From: Chloroflexi bacterium UBA6622
Lineage (GTDB): Bacteria > Chloroflexota > UBA11872
Direction of reading: 5' to 3'
Assembly (NCBI GenBank): GCA_002433065.1
Contig: DJHK01000005.1
Location: forward strand, 723-64,722
DNA length: 64,000 bases
Shown here piece after piece: positions 52,479-61,371 of this stretch. Below the pieces are notes generated by a model, which saw nothing but the letters and a program-made list of their open reading frames with translations, was not told the DNA's origin and did not search any database. A program made the translations under genes and the position numbers. How positions within the stretch are numbered: position 1 is the first letter of the stretch; the number at the start of each line of letters is the position of its first letter.

Positions 52479-53981
52479 ATGAGGTTGCTCTTATTGATTC
52501 TTGCTATTGATCAAGGAACTACGGGTACCACTGCTCTCCTAATTAGCGAACGAGCAGAGGTTGTTGGACGGGGTTACGCTGAGGTGGACCAGCACTACCC
52601 CCGTGGGGGCTGGGTTGAGCATGATCCCAGACAGATCTGGAGGAGCGTGGAAGATAGCGTGGCAAAGGCCCTGGTGGAGGCCCCTTCTGAGGATGTCACG
52701 GCTATCGGAGTAACTAACCAGCGGGAGACTGTCATAGCGTGGGATGCCGTCACGAATGATCCACTTGCACCCGCTATCGTTTGGCAGGACGCTCGGACCT
52801 CGGATCGAATGGACGATTTCCAGACGGCTCCTCATTGTGGGATGTTGAGGTCCATCACCGGACTACTTCCAAGTCCATACTTCAGTGCTAGCAAGTTTGA
52901 ATGGCTCTTGACGGAGGATCCCGACGTCGTCGCAGCTGCTAGGACAGGGCGGCTTCGGCTAGGCACTGTCGACACATGGCTCGTGTCAAAGCTGAGCGGG
53001 GGTGCTCATGTGACCGATGCCACTAACGCGTCACGGACATTGCTGTTTGATTTGTCATCTGGTGCTTGGTCAATGGATCTGCTGGGATTGTTTGGTGTTC
53101 CACTCACCGCGTTGCCGGAATTGGTTCCGTCTTGCGGCGCGGATGTTGTAACCGGAACGGATTGCCCGATTGGCGAGGGGGTTCCTATCTGCGGCATAGC
53201 AGGGGACCAGCAGGCGGCGCTGTTTGGTCATTTGGCAACAGATGCAGGTGCGACCAAGATTACTTATGGCACCGGCTGCTTTTTGTTACAGCACGCGGGA
53301 GAAAAGCGGCCGATCGATATTCCTGGGTTATTGACAACAGTTGCGCTTGGTTTTTCGTCGGGGATGAGTTTTGCTTACGAGGGCAGTGTCTTCATTGGTG
53401 GCGCTGCAGTGCAGTGGCTTCGAGACGGGTTGCTGATTGTTTCTTCAGCTGGGCAGATTGAAGGCTTGGCTCGTTCGGTCGCTGATGCGGGTGGTGTGGT
53501 TTTTGTGCCTGCGTTTACGGGTCTCGGAGCCCCTCACTGGGACCCTGATGCTCGTGGGACAATTTGGGGTCTAACCCAAGCGACGAATGCTGGTCACATT
53601 GCGCGAGCCACGTTGGAGGCAATCGCTCATCAGGTCCAAGATGTGCTTGAACTTATGCCTACCGAATCGCCGATGCTTCATGTTGATGGAGGGGCAGCGG
53701 CGAATCGCTTGCTTCTTGAACTCCAAGCCGAGGTGTCTGGCCAACCTCTTTCTCGGCCGGCCGAGTTAGAGGTGACGGCGCTAGGGGCCGGGTATTTGGC
53801 AGGTGTCGGATCGGGCGTATGGGGTGATGTGTCTGATATCGGTGAGCTTCTAGGGCCCCGGGCAATTATTGAAGCCCAGGATAGGGAGATGTCTACGGAT
53901 CGTGCGACGTGGCACCGAGCAATCGAACGCTCCAGGGGATGGGCAGGCAGCAAGTTTTCCTCGGAACGGAGCTTAGAGTGA
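52479..53981 (+). CDS. glpK: Glycerol kinase
   Basis: 500 aa. 'LAIDQGTTGT', 'GVTNQRETVIAWD', 'GDQQAALFG', 'KITYGTGCF' and 'VDGGAAAN' are FGGY/GlpK signatures. Confidence 0.9.
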   Translation: MRLLLLILAIDQGTTGTTALLISERAEVVGRGYAEVDQHYPRGGWVEHDPRQIWRSVEDSVAKALVEAPSEDVTAIGVTNQRETVIAWDAVTNDPLAPAIVWQDARTSDRMDDFQTAPHCGMLRSITGLLPSPYFSASKFEWLLTEDPDVVAAARTGRLRLGTVDTWLVSKLSGGAHVTDATNASRTLLFDLSSGAWSMDLLGLFGVPLTALPELVPSCGADVVTGTDCPIGEGVPICGIAGDQQAALFGHLATDAGATKITYGTGCFLLQHAGEKRPIDIPGLLTTVALGFSSGMSFAYEGSVFIGGAAVQWLRDGLLIVSSAGQIEGLARSVADAGGVVFVPAFTGLGAPHWDPDARGTIWGLTQATNAGHIARATLEAIAHQVQDVLELMPTESPMLHVDGGAAANRLLLELQAEVSGQPLSRPAELEVTALGAGYLAGVGSGVWGDVSDIGELLGPRAIIEAQDREMSTDRATWHRAIERSRGWAGSKFSSERSLE

Positions 53982-54739
53982 CTACTAATATTGCATTGTG
54001 TCTGTGGGGTCTTCCGGAGCCGCCGGCCAGCGCAACTGCCTATGCAGATGCGATTGGCTTCGACTCTGTGGATGTTCGTCCGGGGTATTTAGAGGTTGCG
54101 GCAGCCGATCGCGTGCTGCCCTTGTCATGCATGGCCGTGGCTCATTTAATGCCGGAAGGTGCAGCTCTCGACGACGTGCATTCGGAGGCTCGGCAGCTGG
54201 CGATCGCCCATGTACGCCAAGGGATTCGAGAAGCCGAGCAACTGGGAATAACAGACGTTTACGTTGGCCCGCCCAGCAGTGATGCAAGCGATTCTATGGC
54301 GGCGTATCGGGAGTCGATCCTTGTGCTCGCTGACCAATCCTCGTGTTCCGGGGTCCGGCTCGGTATTGAGCATTTTCCGGGTCGGGGTCTTCCGACGGTC
54401 AACGCAACCCTCGATTTCATTTCGAATGTGGGTCACCATAATCTATACCTGTTGCTAGATATTGGACACAATCAGATTGCGGGGGAATCGCCGCGTGCGG
54501 CGATATCAGCTGCAGGCGACCGGTTGATGTACGTCCATGTCAATGACAACGATGGGCAAAACGATACGCATGTAGGATTGCTTGAGGGTGTGCAAGGAGA
54601 AGCGTGGTTGCGGGATGCTGTTTTGGCGGTGAAAGAATCCACATATGCTGGCCCGATCAGTGTGGAGGTTAATCAAAGCCTTCCGGATCCGCGAGCATCG
54701 GTGTGTGAAAGTCTCGCTATTCTTCGACGATTAGAATAA
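53978..54739 (+). CDS. Sugar phosphate isomerase/epimerase (xylose-isomerase-like TIM barrel)
   Basis: About 253 aa from the GTG at 53978, which overlaps the glpK stop (GTGA). 'LGIEHFPG', 'LLLDIGH' and 'YVHVNDNDG' are typical AP-endonuclease-2/xylose-isomerase-like TIM motifs. The track start at 53909 lies inside glpK. Confidence 0.7.
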   Translation: MTTNIALCLWGLPEPPASATAYADAIGFDSVDVRPGYLEVAAADRVLPLSCMAVAHLMPEGAALDDVHSEARQLAIAHVRQGIREAEQLGITDVYVGPPSSDASDSMAAYRESILVLADQSSCSGVRLGIEHFPGRGLPTVNATLDFISNVGHHNLYLLLDIGHNQIAGESPRAAISAAGDRLMYVHVNDNDGQNDTHVGLLEGVQGEAWLRDAVLAVKESTYAGPISVEVNQSLPDPRASVCESLAILRRLE

Positions 54740-54743
54740 AGCG

Positions 54744-55745
54744 TCAGACTCGACCGGCAGCTTTGTACGCATCGGAAATGAGTTGTACTGCCCCTGCACA
54801 ATCCCTAACTGTGACAGCCGGAGGGTCTCCACGATTGAGGCGGTCAAGGCAATCCTTGACAAAGCTTGGGTAGCTCGATGTGACCGATACAGGTGTGTCA
54901 AAAAACTCGTTCCGGCCCGGAGCGAGCAGTTGAAGGCCATCGGGGACCACTTGCAACATGGCTTTTTCTCCGGCCACTTTCATTTCGCTGTCTGACTCAT
55001 TGGCGGGCCATGTGGGCATCGTATAGCCGACTTCGACATGAAATAGGGCTCCACTGGCACTGCGTAAGGTTGCTAACGCGTAATCTTCCACGTCAGCCAT
55101 ATGCACGATGTTGCTAATCACCGCGGAAGACACCTGAACGTCTTCTTGCAACAGGTAGCGGGCCATATCCATGCCGTGTCCTCCCAGGTTCGTGAGGGCA
55201 CCTCCACCGGCGGCGGCAACATCAAGCATCCACGGCGAATCCCACTCGACATAACGCTGCATCGTCGGACGGATAATCCGAAATACTACGTGCGAGATCT
55301 TTCCAAATTCGTCATTCGCAATCATCTCTCGAGCTTTCTGGGCCCAGGGTGATTGTCGGTTGGGAAACGGGACTGCGACCCAAGCATTCTTTCTTTCGGC
55401 CAAGTCGGCCAAGTCGGCTACTGCCGAGGGCTCCGTTCCCATAGGTTTTTCCATCAGGAACGGGATCCCAGCTTCGATCAAGTAGCGTGCTGTGGTGGGC
55501 ATATCGATGTGACGGCCAAGAGCGATTACAAAGTCCGGATTTACGGTGTCTAGCATCTCGTGGTAATCAGTGAAGGCCGTTGTTTCGTAGCGTTGGGCCC
55601 GGTCGTTTGCGATAGCAACGTCGGTGTCAGACACACCGACTAACTGGACATTATCCAGGTCACGCAAGATGTCGAGGTAGGCGGCATCGTAGGTGGAGTG
55701 CCAGTGGTTTACTTCAATTACGGCGATCCGAGTTTTCTGGCTCAT
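54744..55745 (-). CDS. Gfo/Idh/MocA-family oxidoreductase
   Basis: Starts at the ATG at 55745 ('MSQKTRIAVIEVNHWH'). 'FLMEKPMG' is the EKP motif. The longer track start (55784) adds 13 Pro/Ser-rich residues. Confidence 0.75.
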   Translation of the reverse strand: MSQKTRIAVIEVNHWHSTYDAAYLDILRDLDNVQLVGVSDTDVAIANDRAQRYETTAFTDYHEMLDTVNPDFVIALGRHIDMPTTARYLIEAGIPFLMEKPMGTEPSAVADLADLAERKNAWVAVPFPNRQSPWAQKAREMIANDEFGKISHVVFRIIRPTMQRYVEWDSPWMLDVAAAGGGALTNLGGHGMDMARYLLQEDVQVSSAVISNIVHMADVEDYALATLRSASGALFHVEVGYTMPTWPANESDSEMKVAGEKAMLQVVPDGLQLLAPGRNEFFDTPVSVTSSYPSFVKDCLDRLNRGDPPAVTVRDCAGAVQLISDAYKAAGRV

Positions 55746-55834
55746 GAAAGGAATGCCTCTGGATGGTGGTGGGGACCGTAACACGACTTCCCCGAGTAAG
55801 CTTAATAAAGGCGAAGGCTGTTTGGGGGAATCCT

Positions 55835-56173
55835 ATGGGGCGGGACGAAAAGAGGTCCAGTCGTCGATTGGAAGAACTTATTGATCGAGTCCAGAATGAG
55901 GTTGATGGTGAGCGGGGCCATGCTGCTCGGGCCCGTCTTGATGAATTGCGAAGTCAATTGCATGACAGGCTTAATGAAGAAGATGTTCAGAGGATTCGCC
56001 AGGAGGCTACGGCACTCGGCTCTGAGGCAAAGGAACGTTTTGAGGATGCCCTTAAACACGAACGCACCCAGGATATAGTTCTCAAGATCGACAGAACCTT
56101 GGCCCGGATCAGTCAGCGTGTTCGCGGGCCTGTAGCGTCAAAAGATCACGAGGAACCTAAATGCGACGAGTAG
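55835..56173 (+). CDS. Hypothetical charged/coiled-coil protein (112 aa)
   Basis: The ATG at 55835 is preceded by a GGGGGA RBS-like motif. The sequence is highly charged and helical-looking ('RRLEELIDRVQNEVDGERGHAARARLDELRSQLHDRLNEED'). No family recognised. Confidence 0.4.
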   Translation: MGRDEKRSSRRLEELIDRVQNEVDGERGHAARARLDELRSQLHDRLNEEDVQRIRQEATALGSEAKERFEDALKHERTQDIVLKIDRTLARISQRVRGPVASKDHEEPKCDE

Positions 56174-56237
56174 ATGTAGATGGCATCCGGAGGTACTGGA
56201 CTACCACAGGTCGGTAACACCTTCATTGGTACGAAGG

Positions 56238-57449
56238 TCACCCTCGTAGGTGCGAGTTCCCCTGAGCCAACACCGTTATAAGGCTCCGCCAGGACAAGGA
56301 CGTGCCTTCTCCAACTAAAAGGTGGATGCCTTCTGCCAGAAGGGATGGTCTCCGGCGTGCTGCACGAACTCCAAAGTTGGCAAGCCATTGCCGTTGAGCT
56401 AGCCGTTTCGCATAGGCCGACGCCCTGAAGTGTTTGCCGAAGCGCTGGTGAAACCAGTCGTCAAAGTCACCAAAGGGGCTTGCTGCGGTGTGTTGTTGAA
56501 GGTTGTGGGCCGCTCGTTCGGCTGCTTCAATACCTGCCGCCATCCCGTATGCAATGCCCTCACCAGAAAAGGGGTTGATCATGGATCCGGCATCTCCGAC
56601 CAGGGCGATACGGTTGTGGGTTAAACGTGGGACCGAGGTGGCGTAGGGAAGCATGTAGGTTCCGGTATTTGCCCGGTCAAATTCGGACACTCCTATTTCC
56701 ATTGCAAATTCGTTGAGCATGGTTCGGAGGGTTTTGTTGCCCGGATCGTACCGGGCAGCATCGATCATGATGCCAACATTTGCATGCCCACGCTCTATTG
56801 GGAAAACCCAGCCATAAGCTGGAAGAAGATCTTTTCGGAAGTGAAATTCCATATGGTCAAACGGATGGGTAGACGCTTTTATATATGTTCGAATTGCAAG
56901 CCCTGTGGTCTTTGAGGAGTTGTAGGGAATGCCCAGATGCCGACGAATGTCCGAGCGGGCCCCATCTGCTGCAATCACAGCTTTGGCTTGGATGGAAACA
57001 TGACCGTGTGGGGTTTGGGCTCTTGTGATGACCGTGTGAGCTGGGGACGTGTCAAGGGTTACGAGCTTGTGGGCAGGAAGGAGTTCAACCCCTTCCGTGA
57101 CAGCGCGCGCCTGCAGGGCTGCGTCGAAATCCTGTCTCGGAATCACAAACCCTTTGGGCTCTGAGCCTCCTATCGTTGGTAACGGGCCGCTGACGCTCTC
57201 GCCCGATGGGCCCACAATGCGAAGGGCGTCAATTGGTCGGGAGTCAGCTAGTAGATCTGTAGCACCTATTTGTTCAAGTCTCGCAACGACTCCCGGGCCT
57301 AAGCCGTCTCCACACGTTTTGTCTCGTGGGAACGTTGTGCGGTCGATGACGAGTGTGTGGAGGTTGGGGGCATTTCGTCGGGCGGCGATAGCTGCGGCGG
57401 TGCCGGCTGGGCCGCTCCCGACGATCAGCAGGTCGCACGTGCGCCGCAT
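56238..57449 (-). CDS. Geranylgeranyl reductase-family FAD-dependent oxidoreductase
   Basis: 'CDLLIVGSGPAGTAAA' (GxGxxG), 'CGDGL' and 'LVGDAGSMINPFSGEGI' are typical of the GGR/FixC-like family. The start is taken at the ATG at 57449; the track start at 57512 is the alternative. Confidence 0.7.
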   Translation of the reverse strand: MRRTCDLLIVGSGPAGTAAAIAARRNAPNLHTLVIDRTTFPRDKTCGDGLGPGVVARLEQIGATDLLADSRPIDALRIVGPSGESVSGPLPTIGGSEPKGFVIPRQDFDAALQARAVTEGVELLPAHKLVTLDTSPAHTVITRAQTPHGHVSIQAKAVIAADGARSDIRRHLGIPYNSSKTTGLAIRTYIKASTHPFDHMEFHFRKDLLPAYGWVFPIERGHANVGIMIDAARYDPGNKTLRTMLNEFAMEIGVSEFDRANTGTYMLPYATSVPRLTHNRIALVGDAGSMINPFSGEGIAYGMAAGIEAAERAAHNLQQHTAASPFGDFDDWFHQRFGKHFRASAYAKRLAQRQWLANFGVRAARRRPSLLAEGIHLLVGEGTSLSWRSLITVLAQGNSHLRG

Positions 57450-57547
57450 ACTGAGAGCATTCCCTAGGAGATCGGCGTGTTGGGAGTATAGGTAATGGCG
57501 TTGGCCGTACACTGCGTAAGGGCGTTACGGAAAGGTGAAGCATCACG

Positions 57548-59020
57548 ATACGTACGGTTTTAAGTATTGATATTGGAAGCTCCTCGGTTCGTGCAGCCCT
57601 TTATGACGGGCTAGCTCGACAGGTTTCTGATGTTGCCGCACAGATTCCATATCGATTTGACATTACGTCGGACGGCGGCGTTGAGATTGACCCTGATGTT
57701 TTGTTCGGGCATGTGGTCCAGTCGATTGATGAAACTCTTGCCCGTGCTGCTCAATCACGTGTGGAGGTGGAAGGCGTTGGTGTAAGCGCGTTTGCATCGA
57801 GTGTTCTCGGGTTAGATGGCGAGGGGCGAGCATGTACTCCCGTGTACACCTACGCAGATACCCGAAACTCGGATGATGCGAAAGCGTTGCGGGAGGACGT
57901 CGATGTTGCTGCCATTCTTGACCGTACGGGAACTCCTCTCCATGCCAGCTATTTGCCGGCCCGGTTCCGATGGCTCCGACGCACCAACCCAGATTTGATT
58001 AGTCGTGTTGCTCGGTGGGTCACGTTCGCTGAGTATATGTTTGAGTCATTCTTCGCCCGTCCGTGCGGCCTAAGTTTGAGTCTCGCTGCCTGGTCAGGGT
58101 TGCTGGACCGTCGTCGTCTCATTTGGGACGAGGGTTTGCTTGGTTCGGTTGGGATCGACGCCGCAGTGCTAGGACGAATTGATTGTGAGAACGATCCAGT
58201 GGTCGGCCTTGCTAGTCCGTGGATATCTCGATGGCCGCTCCTTGCGAGGGTCCCCTGGTTTCCGGCATTGGGAGATGGTCTGTGTAGCAATCTTGGGACT
58301 GCAGGGATTGACGAGCGTGCTGTTGTAATTAACGTGGGTACGAGTGCGGCAGTACGGACTGTCGTGCCCGGTCCGGTTTCCGAAGTTCCGCAAGGTCTGT
58401 GGGAGTACCGCGTTGATAGGGCTCACTCGCTATTAGGTGGGGCGGAAAGCAATGGTGGGAACGTGAGTACGTGGTTTCGTGAAACGCTTGCCGGATTGGG
58501 TGACCACGAGATCGATGACGTGCTGTCGACGGAAACTCCGGATTCTCATGGACTCACCGTGCTGCCGTTTTTTACAGGGGAGCGAAGCCCCGGCTGGAAC
58601 GATGGTGCCCGAGCCACAGTTCATGGTCTCCGATTGACAACACGTCCGGTTGATTTGCTCGTTGCCGCGCTGGAAGGGGTTTCGTTTCGACTTGCGGCTA
58701 TATATGCCCTCCTCGCACCAATGGTCGGCGAAACACCCCGTGTGAGGGTTTCAGGAGGTGCCCTTCATCGATCCTCGAGATGGACGGCGCTTTTGGCTGA
58801 TGTATTGGGGTGTTCGGTTGTTCGATCCGAGGCTGGGGAACCTACGAGCCGCGGAGCAGCAATATGGGCTCTTGAATCTTTGGGGTATCCCTCTATACGG
58901 GAGTTCGATTGTGATGGAGTTCGTTTTGATCCCGATCCGGATCGGCACGACATTTACCTTGCGGCGCAAGCTCGTCAACAACAGTTGTATCGTCAAATCT
59001 CGGCGTGTGGTACCGAATAG
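57548..59020 (+). CDS. FGGY-family carbohydrate kinase (gluconate/xylulose kinase-like); start uncertain, possibly ATA at 57548
   Basis: The track ORF starts at TTG 57701. The in-frame upstream sequence reads '(I)RTVLSIDIGSSSVRAALYDG', the FGGY phosphate-1 motif, and no ATG/GTG/TTG occurs back to the stop at 57536-57538. Later motifs are 'GDGLCSNLG' and 'SGGALHRS'. Confidence 0.75.
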   Translation: MRTVLSIDIGSSSVRAALYDGLARQVSDVAAQIPYRFDITSDGGVEIDPDVLFGHVVQSIDETLARAAQSRVEVEGVGVSAFASSVLGLDGEGRACTPVYTYADTRNSDDAKALREDVDVAAILDRTGTPLHASYLPARFRWLRRTNPDLISRVARWVTFAEYMFESFFARPCGLSLSLAAWSGLLDRRRLIWDEGLLGSVGIDAAVLGRIDCENDPVVGLASPWISRWPLLARVPWFPALGDGLCSNLGTAGIDERAVVINVGTSAAVRTVVPGPVSEVPQGLWEYRVDRAHSLLGGAESNGGNVSTWFRETLAGLGDHEIDDVLSTETPDSHGLTVLPFFTGERSPGWNDGARATVHGLRLTTRPVDLLVAALEGVSFRLAAIYALLAPMVGETPRVRVSGGALHRSSRWTALLADVLGCSVVRSEAGEPTSRGAAIWALESLGYPSIREFDCDGVRFDPDPDRHDIYLAAQARQQQLYRQISACGTE

Positions 59021-59095
59021 GTTCCATACTCGGGTGCACGAGATGTGCGGATTTCGGACAATGTTCATGCTTTTCAAATCTAAGTTGGATGGCGT

Positions 59096-59548
59096 ATGAA
59101 AGTCGCACTTGGTGTCGATCATCGCGGCTTCACTATCAAAGATGAGCTCGTCGCGATCTTGGAAGATGCGGGTCACCAGGTTGTAGACTTGGGGACACAC
59201 TCAGAAACGTCGGTCGACTATCCCGACTTCGCAGCGGTCGTTGGTCACGCGGTAGTTGATGGGATTGCTGATCGTGGGGTGCTTGTCTGCGGAAGTGGCG
59301 TCGGAGCGTCTATTGCAGCGAATAAGATTCCAGGTGTCCGGGCTGGCATGTGCCATGACACGTATTCGGCTCATCAGGGCGTTGAACATGATGATATGAA
59401 CGTTTTATGTCTTGGTTCAGGGATTGTGGGCCTGTCCGTGATTTCGGAACTTCTCCACGCGTTTTTGTCAGCGAGTTTTGACTCACGCGAACCTCGATAT
59501 GTTCGCCGACTAGCTAAGGTTAAGGCTATTGAGAACGAAGCCTCCTGA
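59096..59548 (+). CDS. rpiB: Ribose-5-phosphate isomerase B (RpiB/LacA/LacB family)
   Basis: 150 aa. 'KVALGVDHRGF', 'VLVCGSGVGASIAANK' and 'HDDMNVLCLG'. Confidence 0.88.
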   Translation: MKVALGVDHRGFTIKDELVAILEDAGHQVVDLGTHSETSVDYPDFAAVVGHAVVDGIADRGVLVCGSGVGASIAANKIPGVRAGMCHDTYSAHQGVEHDDMNVLCLGSGIVGLSVISELLHAFLSASFDSREPRYVRRLAKVKAIENEAS

Positions 59549-59664
59549 TGGCGATCAATGGCTCCAGCGGTCTTGAGGCAATGCGGTTAAACGTGTTGTT
59601 TCAACCTATGTGCCTTATGCAGGGTGATAGCGGAATACAGTCTGACCTCGGGTGAGGGTTTTCT

Positions 59665-61371
59665 ATGACTAACTCGGGGCCGATGTTTCACTTTGCTGAT
59701 CCAAAGGGCCTCGCTGCGCGTGCTTTTGAGTCAGCAGCGACTGTGGAGTTGGAACGAAGGGTTTGGGCAGCTGACCCTTCAGTATGGAGCCATGACTCGG
59801 AGACACAGGAGCTCATTAAGCAACGGCTCGGTTGGTTATACGTGGCTGAGGCACAGCATCGGGATCTGCCCGAATTGATGAAATGGGCCGAGGAGTTCAG
59901 GTCGGGGTTGTCCCACATCCTGTTGCTTGGTATGGGCGGCAGCAGCCTGGCTCCCGAAGTAATGGGGCACATTCTTCCCCGGGCTTCCGGATCTCCGCAA
60001 TTTGTAGTGCTCGATAGTACAGACCCTGTTGCCGTGGCGCGGATCGCCGAAGACGTCGACCTTATGCGTACTGGGGTGATTGTGGCCAGCAAGTCGGGCG
60101 ATACGCTTGAGACGCAGGCGCTAAGCGCGTATTTCTGGTCCCGATGTCGAATGGCGGGACTGCGTGCTCCTGGCGGGCATTTTGTTGCGATTACCGACCC
60201 TGGAAGCGGTCTGGCTCAGCTTGGGACCGAACGCGCATATGCTCGCGTTTTTGAAAGTCCGATCGATATTGGTGGCCGGTACTCTGCGCTGTCCTTGTTT
60301 GGACTGGTTCCCGCGGTGCTTGCCGGGCTTGATGTGGAGGTGATGTTGAGCCGCGCGCTTGAGCGAATACGTAAGTTGTCGACGCAACCAGTCGCCCCCA
60401 ACAGGAATCCCATGATGATTGGCGCGGTGGTCGCTGCCTTAGCTCGTGATGGCCGGGACAAACTCACGATTCTTGCCGATCCAGGACTTGAAGCGATTGG
60501 CAGTTGGATTGAGCAACTGGTGGCGGAGAGCACTGGCAAGGATGGTGTCGGCGTAGTCCCCGTTGAAGGGGAGGCGTTTGGGCGAGCGGAGGCCTACGAC
60601 GACGATAGAGTCTTTTTTCGTTTGGTATCCGAGCCTCCGCGAGATGCGCCTGACGTTGGAATGGATGTGCTCCTTGATGCAGGTCATCCGGTAATTAGCT
60701 GTGTTCTTGAGGATTCCCACGACCTTGGTGTCCATTTTCTTGATTGGGAATTGATGGTGGCCGGTATGGGCTACGGTTTGGGTGTGAATCCATTCGACGA
60801 GCCGAATGTTTCAGAAAGTAAGGCGAACACGTTGCGGGTTCTTCGGGAAGGGATTAGGGCGGAAGACGCTCCAGGGGTTGATACCTTGACGGTTGGTAAG
60901 GGCGACTCGCATCTAACTTTGGATTTGGACGAATCGCTTAGACGTTGGATTGGTTCAATTCGCAAAGGCGACTATGTGTCAATTCAGGCTTATGTCGACC
61001 GAACCACTGCCCACGATTCTTTGCTTCGTCACATGCAAGTTCTTATTCGCGACGGCACACGTCGGGCTGTCACGGTTGGGTACGGCCCTCGATTGCTTCA
61101 CTCGACGGGGCAGCTCCACAAAGGTGGAGCCAACCACGGCGTGTTTTTGCAGATTACATCTGATCACAGCGATGACATTATGGTGCCTGAATCCTCCTAT
61201 AGTTTCGGCGCCGTGATCACGGCGCAGGCTGCTGGTGATCGTGAAGCATTGTTTGATAAGGGCCGACGGTGTTTGCACCTACATCTGTCTGATTCTGAGC
61301 ACGGGCTTCAGGCTATTTTGGAGGGGTTTACGGTGATTTTCGGTCGGCCAGCTAAGGGCAGAATCCTATGA
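59665..61371 (+). CDS. pgi: Glucose-6-phosphate isomerase (long, Tal-PGI-type PGI domain)
   Basis: 568 aa. 'LLLGMGGSSLAPEV', 'SKSGDTLET' and 'IGGRYSALS' are SIS/PGI signatures. Confidence 0.8.
   Translation: MTNSGPMFHFADPKGLAARAFESAATVELERRVWAADPSVWSHDSETQELIKQRLGWLYVAEAQHRDLPELMKWAEEFRSGLSHILLLGMGGSSLAPEVMGHILPRASGSPQFVVLDSTDPVAVARIAEDVDLMRTGVIVASKSGDTLETQALSAYFWSRCRMAGLRAPGGHFVAITDPGSGLAQLGTERAYARVFESPIDIGGRYSALSLFGLVPAVLAGLDVEVMLSRALERIRKLSTQPVAPNRNPMMIGAVVAALARDGRDKLTILADPGLEAIGSWIEQLVAESTGKDGVGVVPVEGEAFGRAEAYDDDRVFFRLVSEPPRDAPDVGMDVLLDAGHPVISCVLEDSHDLGVHFLDWELMVAGMGYGLGVNPFDEPNVSESKANTLRVLREGIRAEDAPGVDTLTVGKGDSHLTLDLDESLRRWIGSIRKGDYVSIQAYVDRTTAHDSLLRHMQVLIRDGTRRAVTVGYGPRLLHSTGQLHKGGANHGVFLQITSDHSDDIMVPESSYSFGAVITAQAAGDREALFDKGRRCLHLHLSDSEHGLQAILEGFTVIFGRPAKGRIL

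Noticed and set aside
53909-53977. ATG-53909 start for the sugar phosphate isomerase/epimerase.
   Set aside because: It lies inside glpK in another frame. The GTG at 53978 overlaps the glpK stop (GTGA) and gives the typical short N-terminus.
55397-55418. A 9-bp tandem repeat, cggccaagt x2.4, inside the Gfo/Idh/MocA gene.
   Set aside because: It is in frame (encoding ADLADLA on the minus strand) and only about two copies long, so it is most simply a small duplication without evident function.
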